A DNA stretch of 64,000 nucleotides from Polyangiales bacterium (GTDB lineage Bacteria; Myxococcota_A; Polyangia; Polyangiales; Ga0077539): assembly GCA_044229975.1 (NCBI GenBank), contig JBGARZ010000003.1, positions 256,001 through 320,000 on the forward strand, written 5' to 3'. Both the position numbers and the translations under genes were made by a program. Positions 12,886 through 21,949 of the stretch are shown one piece after another. The notes below the pieces were generated by a model. That model did not search any database. It was not told the origin of the DNA and was given only the letters and a program-made list of their open reading frames with translations. How positions within the stretch are numbered: the first letter of the stretch is position 1; each line of letters opens with the position of its first letter.

Positions 12886-14113
12886 CGGGCTTGGTGACGT
12901 CCGATGGCGGCCCCTGCTCGGCCGCCTCGGAGAAGGCCCGGCGCGCCTCTTCGGCGCTCGCGCCGTCGATGAAGTACCGGACGGCGGCGATGCCGAGGGC
13001 CCAGGTTCCGGTCGCGGCGATGGCGCCGGAGAGGGTCGCGCCGACAGCGGGAATGAGCTTGAGCGCCGCGCGAACGGCCTCGCGCAGCCCGACGCCGGCG
13101 CCGACGGACACGCCCAACACCGCGAGCCACTCGGTGACCGCCCGGGGACCGAGCGGGCGACCCGACGCGTACACGATGCCCGTGAGCATCGACGACTGAA
13201 GCGGAACCAACACCGCGAGGTCGGCGATGGGCAGCGGCGTCGCCCCCACGACGAACGACACGCTCGTCGCCGTCCCCACGAGGCGCATCGCCACGCGCCG
13301 GCGCACCGTGCGCGCGAGGTCGAAGGCCCGGGCCGCTTCGATCTGCGCCGACACTGGCAGGCACTGGTGGATCTCTACCGAGAGGGCGTCGAGGTTCCAC
13401 CGCCAGTCGGTGACGGCCGCGTCGCCCTCGAAGCGCTGCCAGGTGCACACGGGCACCACCGGGAGCGACGCGCCGACGACCCGCGCCACGTGGCCGCGCA
13501 GCGTATCCACCGCGCGCTGGATGGCCGCCCGCTTCTCCGGGTCGGCGTCGTAGGGAGGCGCCTTGCGCGCGGTGGGCGGCAGCTCGTCGACCTTCGTCAC
13601 GACCACCACGACGGGCACGAGCCCACCGACGTCCCCGATGGACGCGCGGAGCGCCACGAGCTCAGCGAGGTCTTCGTCCACCCCCGCGTCGACCTGGCTC
13701 GCCTTGAACAACCACAGCAGCACATCGGGTCGCTCGCCGCGGAGAGCACGCTCGACCTCCGCTCGCCGCTCGGGCCTTCCGCCCGCCCGCAGCCCCGGGG
13801 TGTCGAGCCAGCGCGCCTGGCGACCACCGAGCGCGAGGTCGACCCAGGCCGGCGCCACCGTGGTGTCCTCGACCGCCCCCACCGTCAGCGCCTCGCGACC
13901 CAGAAGCGCGTTGGCCAGTGACGATTTTCCGCTCCCCCGACGACCCAGCACCGCGACCCGGGGCGGTCTGCGCCCCACCAGCAGCGCCCTCAGATCGCGC
14001 AGCTCGTTGGCAATCTTCTGCGCGCCGGGGATGCGTTTGAGCAGCTCTTCGACGTCGTTGAGCGTGTCGGCCACGTCGCGGGCGTCGGGCGGGGGTGTCG
14101 GATCGGCTGCCAT
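12878..14113 (-). CDS. Era/YeeP-like GTPase with C-terminal DUF697-like membrane domain
   Basis: G1 GRRGSGKS, G2 EDTT, G3 DTPG, G4 TKVD; C-terminal PLPIAD..LQ..LKLIPAVG..AIAATGTWALG. Confidence 0.85.
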   Translation of the reverse strand: MAADPTPPPDARDVADTLNDVEELLKRIPGAQKIANELRDLRALLVGRRPPRVAVLGRRGSGKSSLANALLGREALTVGAVEDTTVAPAWVDLALGGRQARWLDTPGLRAGGRPERRAEVERALRGERPDVLLWLFKASQVDAGVDEDLAELVALRASIGDVGGLVPVVVVVTKVDELPPTARKAPPYDADPEKRAAIQRAVDTLRGHVARVVGASLPVVPVCTWQRFEGDAAVTDWRWNLDALSVEIHQCLPVSAQIEAARAFDLARTVRRRVAMRLVGTATSVSFVVGATPLPIADLAVLVPLQSSMLTGIVYASGRPLGPRAVTEWLAVLGVSVGAGVGLREAVRAALKLIPAVGATLSGAIAATGTWALGIAAVRYFIDGASAEEARRAFSEAAEQGPPSDVTKPDE

Positions 14114-14260
14114 GCGGGCGTCGCCCATCGTACGACGCGGCCGCTCCCCCGTCAGGCCAACCGCCCCGCGCAGTCTATTCAATGACGCACTGCGGGCCAC
14201 GCGCCTCTGTCATGGAGCCTATTGCGGAAGCTCTGGGGTTCGGCGAAGGATACGCGCGCC

Positions 14261-15244
14261 ATGCCCAAGCCACTCTCTCGTTGGTCCATCGCCCTCGTCA
14301 CCGCTCTCTCCATCGGCAGCGCCGCGGAGGCCCAGCGGCTCATCTCCGTCGCCACGCTCGCGCCCAGCGGCTCGACCTGGATGCGCGGGCTGGAGGCCGC
14401 CAACCGCGAGCTCCGCCGACGCACCAACGGCGCGCTCGGCCTGCGGTTCTACCCGGGCGGCGTGCAGGGCGACGAGTCCGAGGTCATCCGCAAGATGCGC
14501 CAGGGCCGCCTCGACGGCGCCGTGGTCACGGGCGTCGGGCTCGGGCAGGTCCACCGGCCGGTGCTGGCCTTCATGCTGCCGGGGATGTTTCCCAACGAGG
14601 CCGCGCTCAATCGCTCGCGGCTCGCGCTCGCCGCCGAGGTCGAGGGGCAGTTCAACACCAACGGCTTCGTGCTCGCCTCGTGGGGCTCGTCGGGCGGCCC
14701 GCGGCTCTTCTCGCAGCGCGCGATCCACACCCCCGCCGACCTGCGCCAGGTGCACCCGTGGATCTGGCGCGACGACGTCATCCTCCCCGCCCTCTACGGC
14801 GAGGTCGGCGCGACGGGCGTGCGGCTCGCGCTCCCCGAGGTGCTCGCCGCGCTCCAGACCAACCGCATCGACACCTTCATCGCGCCTCCGCTCGCCGCGC
14901 TCGCCCTCCAGTGGTCGACCCGCGCGAGCTTCGTCTCTGAAGGCGCCAACAGCTACAGCGTCGGCGGCATCCTCATCTCGCGCCGCGCCTGGGACACGCT
15001 CCCGGCCGACCAGCAGACCACCACGCGTGAGGTGATCAACCAGTTCAACGGGCTCATCGCCCGCAACGTGGTGCGCGACGACGAGAGCGCCCTGCGCGCC
15101 ATGGCCACCCGCGGCATCACCCAGGTCGCCTACACCCCGGCCGAGCGCGAGCAGTGGACGCAGCTCTTCACGCGAACCCGCGCCCGCCTCGTCGGCACCG
15201 TCTCCGACGCCGCCTGGATGGAGCGCGTCCGCACCGCGCACTGA
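14261..15244 (+). CDS. dctP: TRAP transporter substrate-binding protein (DctP/TatP-like)
   Basis: Signal peptide; ATLAPSGSTW; FYPGGVQGDE..VIRKMRQGRLDG; LALQW. Confidence 0.85.
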   Translation: MPKPLSRWSIALVTALSIGSAAEAQRLISVATLAPSGSTWMRGLEAANRELRRRTNGALGLRFYPGGVQGDESEVIRKMRQGRLDGAVVTGVGLGQVHRPVLAFMLPGMFPNEAALNRSRLALAAEVEGQFNTNGFVLASWGSSGGPRLFSQRAIHTPADLRQVHPWIWRDDVILPALYGEVGATGVRLALPEVLAALQTNRIDTFIAPPLAALALQWSTRASFVSEGANSYSVGGILISRRAWDTLPADQQTTTREVINQFNGLIARNVVRDDESALRAMATRGITQVAYTPAEREQWTQLFTRTRARLVGTVSDAAWMERVRTAH

Positions 15245-15257
15245 CCGCCCCGCCCGC

Positions 15258-17207
15258 CTAGCCCGTCGCGCTCTCCAGCAGCCGTTCGATCAACATCGCC
15301 ACCGTCGGGTCGCGCTCGTCGCCGAGCCGGAGGTAGAGCCTCGCCCGCACCTCCTGCGAGCGGACGTCGAGCGCCGAGAGCGCCACGCTCCGCACCCCGG
15401 AGTCGACGTGGCCCAGCGCCTCGAACACCAGGTCGAGCGACGCGGGGCCGCGCGCCAGCAGCATCGCCAGCGCCTCCTGCACCACCACCGCGTCGCCGCC
15501 CTGGAGCAGCGCGCGGAGGTGCTCGGTCGGAACGTCATCGCCCAGCGCCTGGAGGGTCGCGAGGGCGACCTCGGGGTCGGGGTCTTCGAGCAGCTCGGCC
15601 GCGAGCGTCGGCGGGAAGAGCCCGCGGTCGGAGAGGCACAACACCGCCGCGAGCCGGTGCGCCGCGCGTGGGTCGGCGAGCCAGCCGATGAGGGTCAGCT
15701 CGTCCACCGCGCAGCCCCGCAGCGCCGCGAGCGCCGACCCTCGCAACGCTGGTCGCTCCAGCAGCTCCTCGCACGGGGCGACCCACCGCGCATCGCCGAT
15801 GGCCTCGACCAGCTTGAGGCCGAGGGTGAGCTCCTCGGACTCCGCCATCAGCAGCGCCGCGTCGACGAGCGAGGCATCGATGGCGCGGCCCGCGCGAACC
15901 CACTCCAGCGCCACCGAGAGCCCCGCGGGAGAGGCGTCGAGGGCGGCGTCGACCAGGGACGCGGGCGCCTCCGTCGTGCGCGACAGTAGCGTGCGCGCCA
16001 CGGCGCCAAAGTCGGCGCCCTTGGGAGCGCTTCGCATGTTGGTGAGCAGCCGACGCCAGACGCCCTCGACGCGCGCCAGCGGCGCGTGGCGGGCGAGCGA
16101 TCGCAGCGCCTCCGCGCCCACCTGCGGGTCGTCGACGATGCGAGCGAGGGCCGCGAGCACGTCGTCACCCATCGCCGCGTCGGAGGCCGCGATGGCGCGC
16201 AGCACCGCGCGGCGGGCAGCAGGGCCGAGCGTCGCGGCGTGCGCGAGGGCGGCGGTGGCCATGTGGGTCACGGCGACGTCGAGGGCGTCTTCACACGCCG
16301 CACGCAACGCGGCCGAGTGGTGCGAGAGCCCACCGAGCACGACGGCGAGCGCGGCCTGGTTGGCCGCGTGGCCGAGCATCCACACCGCGGGGACGGCGAG
16401 CTCTTCGCGCGGGTCGGCCGCGAGCGTGAGGACGGCGGACGACCACCGCGGCGACGACTCGACGAGCGGCGCGCGCAGGCGGCGATCGCCCCGCCGACCG
16501 AAGGACTCGCACGCGCGCACCGCCGCGGTGAACACGCGGCGGTCGGTTCGCTCCATGGCCTGGAGCACGGCCTCGAAGGCCGCCGGGTCGGGGTGGACCA
16601 CGAGCAGCGAGAGCGCCAGGCGCGCCGTGAGCGGGTCGCGCACGCACGCCACGAGCGCGTCGACGGGCGCATGCCGCGCGCGGGCCTGGAGCGCGAGGAG
16701 CGCCCCGATGCGCACCACCGGGTCGCGATGGTGCAGCGCCGCGATGAGCACCGGCACGGCCGATGGGTCGGGCAGCGCGGAGATGACCTCGATGGCCGCC
16801 GGAGGCAGGTTGGGGTCCTCGTCGTCGAGGAGGGCCGTGAGCGTCGGAAGGCACTCGCGGGTCACCGCCTCCATCAGCGCCTCGACGAGGAAGCGCCGCC
16901 GCGGACCGACGGTGCGCGTGAGCCGCGCGAGCACCTGCGGCTGCGCGACGGCGTGCAGCGTTCGGAGTGCCTCCAAAGCGGCGTTGCGCGCCTCGACGTC
17001 GTCGGCGAGCACCCGGTCGAGGAGGCGCTCGATGATCATCCCGTGGTCGGGCGCGCGGGAAAGCGCGAGCGCCGCCTCGCGCCGCACCCGCCAGTCGTCG
17101 TCGCCGAGGCCGAGCAGCAGCACCGGGATCATCCCGGCCGCGCCCTCGCTGTCGAGCGAGGCGAACTCCATCGCGCGCACCGCCGATGTGTCATCAACGA
17201 AGGTCAT
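15258..17207 (-). CDS. HEAT-repeat (PBS lyase-like) protein
   Basis: Repeated LxDxDxxVRxxAxxAL motifs. Confidence 0.85.
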   Translation of the reverse strand: MTFVDDTSAVRAMEFASLDSEGAAGMIPVLLLGLGDDDWRVRREAALALSRAPDHGMIIERLLDRVLADDVEARNAALEALRTLHAVAQPQVLARLTRTVGPRRRFLVEALMEAVTRECLPTLTALLDDEDPNLPPAAIEVISALPDPSAVPVLIAALHHRDPVVRIGALLALQARARHAPVDALVACVRDPLTARLALSLLVVHPDPAAFEAVLQAMERTDRRVFTAAVRACESFGRRGDRRLRAPLVESSPRWSSAVLTLAADPREELAVPAVWMLGHAANQAALAVVLGGLSHHSAALRAACEDALDVAVTHMATAALAHAATLGPAARRAVLRAIAASDAAMGDDVLAALARIVDDPQVGAEALRSLARHAPLARVEGVWRRLLTNMRSAPKGADFGAVARTLLSRTTEAPASLVDAALDASPAGLSVALEWVRAGRAIDASLVDAALLMAESEELTLGLKLVEAIGDARWVAPCEELLERPALRGSALAALRGCAVDELTLIGWLADPRAAHRLAAVLCLSDRGLFPPTLAAELLEDPDPEVALATLQALGDDVPTEHLRALLQGGDAVVVQEALAMLLARGPASLDLVFEALGHVDSGVRSVALSALDVRSQEVRARLYLRLGDERDPTVAMLIERLLESATG

Positions 17208-17283
17208 GGGGCCACCGACAGCGTCTCGTGCCGTTTCACGCGCGCGCCGACGCTACCACGGGCCCCGACCGCGCCGTCCCCGC

Positions 17284-17754
17284 TCACGTCAGCCTCGCGA
17301 GCGACGCGGAGTCGGCGAGCACCACCAGGGTGGGCGGACGATCGCGCTCGGAGGCCACCCGCGCCACGCCGACGACGTGCGGGCGAGGTGTGCCGGGGAG
17401 CGACGCAGCGGGCTCGACGGTGTCGGCCGACACGCGGTGGATGCGCGTCACGGCGTCGACGAGGAGCGCGACGTCCTCGTCGCCCGACGCCACGAGGAGC
17501 AGCCGGGCCGCCGCCGAGGGCAGCGGGTCGGGGAGCGAGAGCTGCCGACGGAGATCGACGACCGTGATGACGCGCCCGTGGAGCGCGACGACGCCCCGCA
17601 CCACCCGCGGCGCGCGCGGAACCTCCGTGATGGGCGCGACCCGCGCGACCTCGCGCACCGAGGCGATGGGCAACGCGAGGTGCTCGGCGCCGACCAGGAA
17701 GCCCAGGTAGCGATCGGCCTCTGCGACGAGGCCGTCGAGCTCGCGGCGCGTCAC
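17284..17754 (-). CDS. cheW: chemotaxis coupling protein CheW
   Basis: YLGFLVG.E.LALPI..VREV..ITEVPRAP..VRGVVALHGRVITVVDL. Confidence 0.93.
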   Translation of the reverse strand: MTRRELDGLVAEADRYLGFLVGAEHLALPIASVREVARVAPITEVPRAPRVVRGVVALHGRVITVVDLRRQLSLPDPLPSAAARLLLVASGDEDVALLVDAVTRIHRVSADTVEPAASLPGTPRPHVVGVARVASERDRPPTLVVLADSASLARLT

Positions 17755-19751
17755 GACGAACCTCCGTCGAGCGAGCGGTCGCTCGCGAGCAGGTCGTCGA
17801 TCAGCGCTGCCGGATCGAGCACCAGCGTCGCCCGGTGGTCACCCAGCTCCGCGGCGCCCGCGAACCCCCGAACCTCTCTCAGCCCGGCGCCCAGCGGCTT
17901 GATGACCACCTCGCGCCTCGACACGATGCGCCCGACGCGCAGGCCCACGACGCGCCCTGCGAAGGAGAGCAGCACGGCAAACGGATCTTCGCCCTCACCT
18001 GCACCGTGACCCATCCATGACCCCAGCGAGAACAGCGGGATGCTGCGGCCGTGGCGCGAGATGACCGCGCGGCCGTCGACCCGCTGCGCCGCGTCGGCCG
18101 CCACGCGCACCACCTCGGAGATGGCCGCGAGCGGGACGGCGTAGCGGTGACCCGACGCCTCGACGACGAGGCACGCGACGATGGCGAGCGTGACCGGGAG
18201 GGTGATGGTCACGCGGGTGTAGACGCCGCGCTCGCTCCGCAGGTCGACGACGCCGCCGAGGCGCGCGATGGCCGAGCGCACCACGTCGAGACCCACACCG
18301 CGCCCCGAGGTGCCGGTGACCTCTGCGCGGGTGGAGAAGCCCGGTCGGAAGAGCAGTCCCAGGAGCTCCCTCTCCCCCATCGCCCGCGCCGCCGCGGCGT
18401 CGACGAGACCGCGCGCCACCGCCACCCGACGAACCTCCCCTGCGTCGATGCCGCGGCCGTCGTCCTCGACCTCCACGACGACGTGGCTGCCCGACTGCCA
18501 GGCGTTGACGGTGATGGTTCCTTCGCGGTCTTTGCGTCGCGCGAGGCGATCGGCGGGGGACTCGATGCCGTGGTCGATGGCGTTGCGAAGCAGGTGCAGT
18601 AGTGCGGCCCCGAGCTCGTCGACCTGCTGCTTGTCGAGCGAGGTCGCCCCGCCCGTCACCACGAGACGCACCTCACGTGAGAGCTCGCGCGAGAGCTTCC
18701 TCACCTCCCGCCCCAGCCGCTCGAACACCTGCCCCAGCGGAACCATCCGCGCCTCCAGCAGCTCCCGCTGCATCGAGTGGATGGTGCGCCCGAGCGAGCG
18801 CTGCAACCGCGCGAGCTCGGCGGGTTCTACCGACGACGCACCGCGGGCGCGCTCGGCCAGCTCGGCGAGTCCGTTGCGGAGCAGCGCCAGGTCACCCACG
18901 TCCGCCAGCAGGTGATCGAAGCGACGGATGTCCACCCGCACCGACGGAGCCACCCGCCCCGCTGCTCCTCCCACCGTCGAGAGCTCCCCGAGGGGCACCA
19001 GCGCGCTCGTCGCCCCCGTCGCCAGCGCCACCACGTCGACGGCCACGCGCTCCAGGGCGTTGCGCACCTCCGCAGGCGTGCGCTGCGACGCCAGCAGCAC
19101 GTCCAGCTCCAGCTCGTCGCCCGTCATGTCGCCCGTCGGCACGCACGCGATCACCTCGCCAAACTCCGAAGCCTTCGCCCTCGCCTCGGTCAGCGCCCCA
19201 TCGACGCGCTCTAGCGAGGAGCGCACCCGCACAGCGAGCACGTCGTCTCCCGCCGTCAGCCGTGCCCGCAGGCGGTGCTCCTCGTGCGTGGTCAGTCCGC
19301 GCGCCCACTCGGGGAGCGGCGCCTCGTCGGCCGGGGCGTCGTCTCCGGTCGCGCGCTCGCGCATCCGCGAGAGCACCTCGTCGAAGGCAGGGTCGTCGCT
19401 CGCATCGCCCGCTCGCAGCGAGAGCACCCGACGAGAGAGCGTCGCCGTCGCGTCGTCGAGCAGCGCGTACACCGCATGGTCCAGCGCGAGGCGATCGAAG
19501 CGCAACGCGTCGAGGAGGTCTTCGAAGGCGTGGGCGAAGTCCGCGATCGCGGCGACGCCGAAGAGCCCGCTGATGCCCTTGAGCGTGTGCACGGCGCGGA
19601 AGATCTCTCGCAGATGTTCGGCGTCGGCGGGACGTCGCAGATCGGCGTCCTCCAGGGCTCCGACGTGGCGCTCCATCACGTCGACGAGGTCGAGCGCCTC
19701 GGCGAAGAGCTCTTCCCGGGCGCGAGCGTCGAGCAGCGTGGGGTCGTCCAT
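17751..19751 (-). CDS. cheA: chemotaxis histidine kinase CheA
   Basis: HPt IFRAVHTLKG; dimerisation VRVD; HATPase HLLRNAIDHGIE, DDGRGID, GRGVGLDVV; C-terminal CheW-like domain. Confidence 0.95.
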   Translation of the reverse strand: MDDPTLLDARAREELFAEALDLVDVMERHVGALEDADLRRPADAEHLREIFRAVHTLKGISGLFGVAAIADFAHAFEDLLDALRFDRLALDHAVYALLDDATATLSRRVLSLRAGDASDDPAFDEVLSRMRERATGDDAPADEAPLPEWARGLTTHEEHRLRARLTAGDDVLAVRVRSSLERVDGALTEARAKASEFGEVIACVPTGDMTGDELELDVLLASQRTPAEVRNALERVAVDVVALATGATSALVPLGELSTVGGAAGRVAPSVRVDIRRFDHLLADVGDLALLRNGLAELAERARGASSVEPAELARLQRSLGRTIHSMQRELLEARMVPLGQVFERLGREVRKLSRELSREVRLVVTGGATSLDKQQVDELGAALLHLLRNAIDHGIESPADRLARRKDREGTITVNAWQSGSHVVVEVEDDGRGIDAGEVRRVAVARGLVDAAAARAMGERELLGLLFRPGFSTRAEVTGTSGRGVGLDVVRSAIARLGGVVDLRSERGVYTRVTITLPVTLAIVACLVVEASGHRYAVPLAAISEVVRVAADAAQRVDGRAVISRHGRSIPLFSLGSWMGHGAGEGEDPFAVLLSFAGRVVGLRVGRIVSRREVVIKPLGAGLREVRGFAGAAELGDHRATLVLDPAALIDDLLASDRSLDGGSS

Positions 19752-19766
19752 CACGCGCTCAGCGTG

Positions 19767-20135
19767 TCACCCGCGGTACGGGCGCACCGCGTCGAGCAGC
19801 TGCGTCGGCGTCAGCGGCTTCTCGACGTACCCGTTGGCGCCGAGACCGAGCGCCTTCGCGCGGTCGGCCTGGCCCGCCTCGGTGGTCACCATCACCACCG
19901 GGATGGCGCTCGTCGCGGCGTGCCGACGGAGCATCGCGAGCAGCTCCAGACCCGACACGTTGGGGAGGTTGACGTCGAGCAGCACGCAGCGTGGCGGCGA
20001 GGCGACCGCGAGCCGAAACGCCTCCAGCGCGGCGCCCACGGCGACGACCTCGTCGACCCCGTCACCCTCCAGCACCGCGGTCATGAAGGTCCGCATGGAT
20101 GCCGAGTCATCGACGATCAGGAAGCGCTCCACCAC
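19767..20135 (-). CDS. cheY: CheY-like single-domain response regulator
   Basis: LIVDDS, LLDVNLP, VTTE, YVEKP. Confidence 0.88.
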   Translation of the reverse strand: MVERFLIVDDSASMRTFMTAVLEGDGVDEVVAVGAALEAFRLAVASPPRCVLLDVNLPNVSGLELLAMLRRHAATSAIPVVMVTTEAGQADRAKALGLGANGYVEKPLTPTQLLDAVRPYRG

Positions 20136-20183
20136 CGCACCATATCGAAGACCGCGGCGGCCGTGTCCAGCAACGGGCCGCGT

Positions 20184-20537
20184 TCAGGTGGCGCCGCGCG
20201 GGATGGCCGGGCGGGCGGTGCCCTCCTCCGCGGCGAGCTCGCCGAGGCGGCGGAGGTAGCGAAACGAGTAGATGCCCGAACCGTGACCGTCACCCCAGGT
20301 GAACTGGAGGGCGTACGAGCCGACCTCCTCCAGGGCCGTGATCTCGGCGTTATTGCCGGGGATGAACTTGATCTCCCCGGAGTGGCCCTGACACCCCGCG
20401 CACGGGCAATAGCCGCGCAGAAACGCGTTGGGCAGCACCGAGGTGTGACCGTCGACCCAGTCGATCTCCGTCACCGCGGCGCCCACCGGGGCGCGCACCA
20501 TCGTCGGCGTGGTGGCCTTCGGATCGTAGGTCATCAT
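20184..20537 (-). CDS. DUF971 / gamma-butyrobetaine hydroxylase N-terminal-like protein
   Basis: W.DGH..LRGYCPCAGC..VGSYALQFTWGDGHGSGIYS. Confidence 0.88.
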   Translation of the reverse strand: MMTYDPKATTPTMVRAPVGAAVTEIDWVDGHTSVLPNAFLRGYCPCAGCQGHSGEIKFIPGNNAEITALEEVGSYALQFTWGDGHGSGIYSFRYLRRLGELAAEEGTARPAIPRGAT

Positions 20538-20575
20538 GTGCGCTGATAGTCCCCGCGCGCCGTCGATGGCAAGCG

Positions 20576-21175
20576 CTACGGGGTCGCGGTTGCCTTGCGG
20601 TTGAGACCGACGAGGAAGATCTCGACGCTCTCCTTGCGCGACGCCTCGGGCTTGATGAGCTTCACCGTCTCGTAGCGCTCGCGGAAGCGCTTGCGCACGG
20701 CCTCGAACTCCGCGCCCTGGAAGATCTTCGCGACGAGGTTGCCGCCCGGCGCGAGGCAGCGGTCGCCGATGTCGAGGGCGCGGTCGACGAGCTCGGCCGA
20801 GATGGCCGCGTCGGCTTCTTTCGTCCCTGAGGTGTGCGGCGCCATGTCGGAGACCACGAGGTCGAAGGGGCCGAGCGCCGCGAAGTCGTCCAGCGGCGCC
20901 GCCATCACGTCGAGCTCCATCGCCTTCACGAAGGGCGGAACCGTCACCCGCAGCGGGTTGAGGTCGACCGCGACGATGCGGCCCTTGCCGCCGAGCTTCG
21001 TGGCCATCCACTGCGTCCAGCTACCGGGCGCGGCGCCCAGGTCGAGCACGCGCAGACCCGGCCGCAGCAGCTTGCAGCGACGGTCGATCTCTTCGAGCTT
21101 GTAGACGGAGCGGGCGGCGAAGCCCTCTTTGTGGGCCCGAGCGGTGAACGGGTCGGGTTTACCGCCGGGCTTCAC
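20576..21175 (-). CDS. rlmE: 23S rRNA Um2552 2'-O-methyltransferase
   Basis: ARSVYKL.EI, VLDLGAAPGSW, VVSDMAP, AKIFQG, KPEASRKES.E. Confidence 0.95.
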   Translation of the reverse strand: MKPGGKPDPFTARAHKEGFAARSVYKLEEIDRRCKLLRPGLRVLDLGAAPGSWTQWMATKLGGKGRIVAVDLNPLRVTVPPFVKAMELDVMAAPLDDFAALGPFDLVVSDMAPHTSGTKEADAAISAELVDRALDIGDRCLAPGGNLVAKIFQGAEFEAVRKRFRERYETVKLIKPEASRKESVEIFLVGLNRKATATP

Positions 21176-21187
21176 GGGACGGGCAGA

Positions 21188-21889
21188 TCAGGCGTGACGG
21201 CCGTTCTTGACGGCGCCGCGGACGGTCACGATGCCTTCGGCCGCGCCGGGGACCGCGCCCTCGATGAGGACGAGGTTCTGCTCGGCGATGACCTTGACGA
21301 TCTTGAGGTTCTGCATGGTCGAGCGGGTGTTGCCGTGCTGACCGGGCATCTTCTTGCCGGGGAGCGTGCGACCCGGGGTCATGTTGGTACCGATCGAGCC
21401 GCCGTGACGGAAGTACTCGTGGGTACCGTGCGACGACACGAAGCCGGCGAAGTGGTGGCGGCGGATGACGCCCGAGAAGCCGCGGCCGACGGTGGTGCCG
21501 GACACGTCGACGAACTGCCCCTCCTTGAAGATGTCGGCCGCCGTGAGGACGTCGCCCTCGTTGTACTTGGCGGCTTCCTCGGCGCTCAGGCGGATCTCCT
21601 TGAGCGTGCGGGGATAGACGTTGATGTCGTGGCCCTGCTTGTTCTTGACCGAGCGGGCGGGGGCCTTGCTCTTGTCGAAGTAGCCCTGAAGGGGCTTGGA
21701 GGTCAGCTTGGCGCGGCGCTCGCCGAAGGAGAGCTGGAGGGCAACGTAGCCGTCCTTCTCCTCGGTGCGCTTGCGCACGACGATGCACGGACCGGCTTCG
21801 ACCACGGTCACGCGGGCGACGTTGCCGGTCGCGTCGAAGACCTGCGTAAACCCGAGCTTCTTGCCAATCAAACCAGGAAGAGTGTTCAT
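21188..21889 (-). CDS. rplC: 50S ribosomal protein L3
   Basis: GLIGKKLGFTQVF, KDGYVALQL, VDVSGTTVGRGFSGVIRRH, HGGSIG, KKMPGQHG, GAVPGA. Confidence 0.97.
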   Translation of the reverse strand: MNTLPGLIGKKLGFTQVFDATGNVARVTVVEAGPCIVVRKRTEEKDGYVALQLSFGERRAKLTSKPLQGYFDKSKAPARSVKNKQGHDINVYPRTLKEIRLSAEEAAKYNEGDVLTAADIFKEGQFVDVSGTTVGRGFSGVIRRHHFAGFVSSHGTHEYFRHGGSIGTNMTPGRTLPGKKMPGQHGNTRSTMQNLKIVKVIAEQNLVLIEGAVPGAAEGIVTVRGAVKNGRHA

Positions 21890-21912
21890 GAGTTGCCCTG
21901 TTAACCCTGCGG

Positions 21913-21949
21913 AGGGCGCGCACTATACGGAGATCGAATCCTCCGTCAA
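21913..21949 (-). promoter_or_regulatory. sigma70-like promoter of rplC with GC-rich discriminator
   Basis: - strand TTGACG (21949-21944), N16, TATAGT (21927-21922), then GCGCGCCC. Confidence 0.7.
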
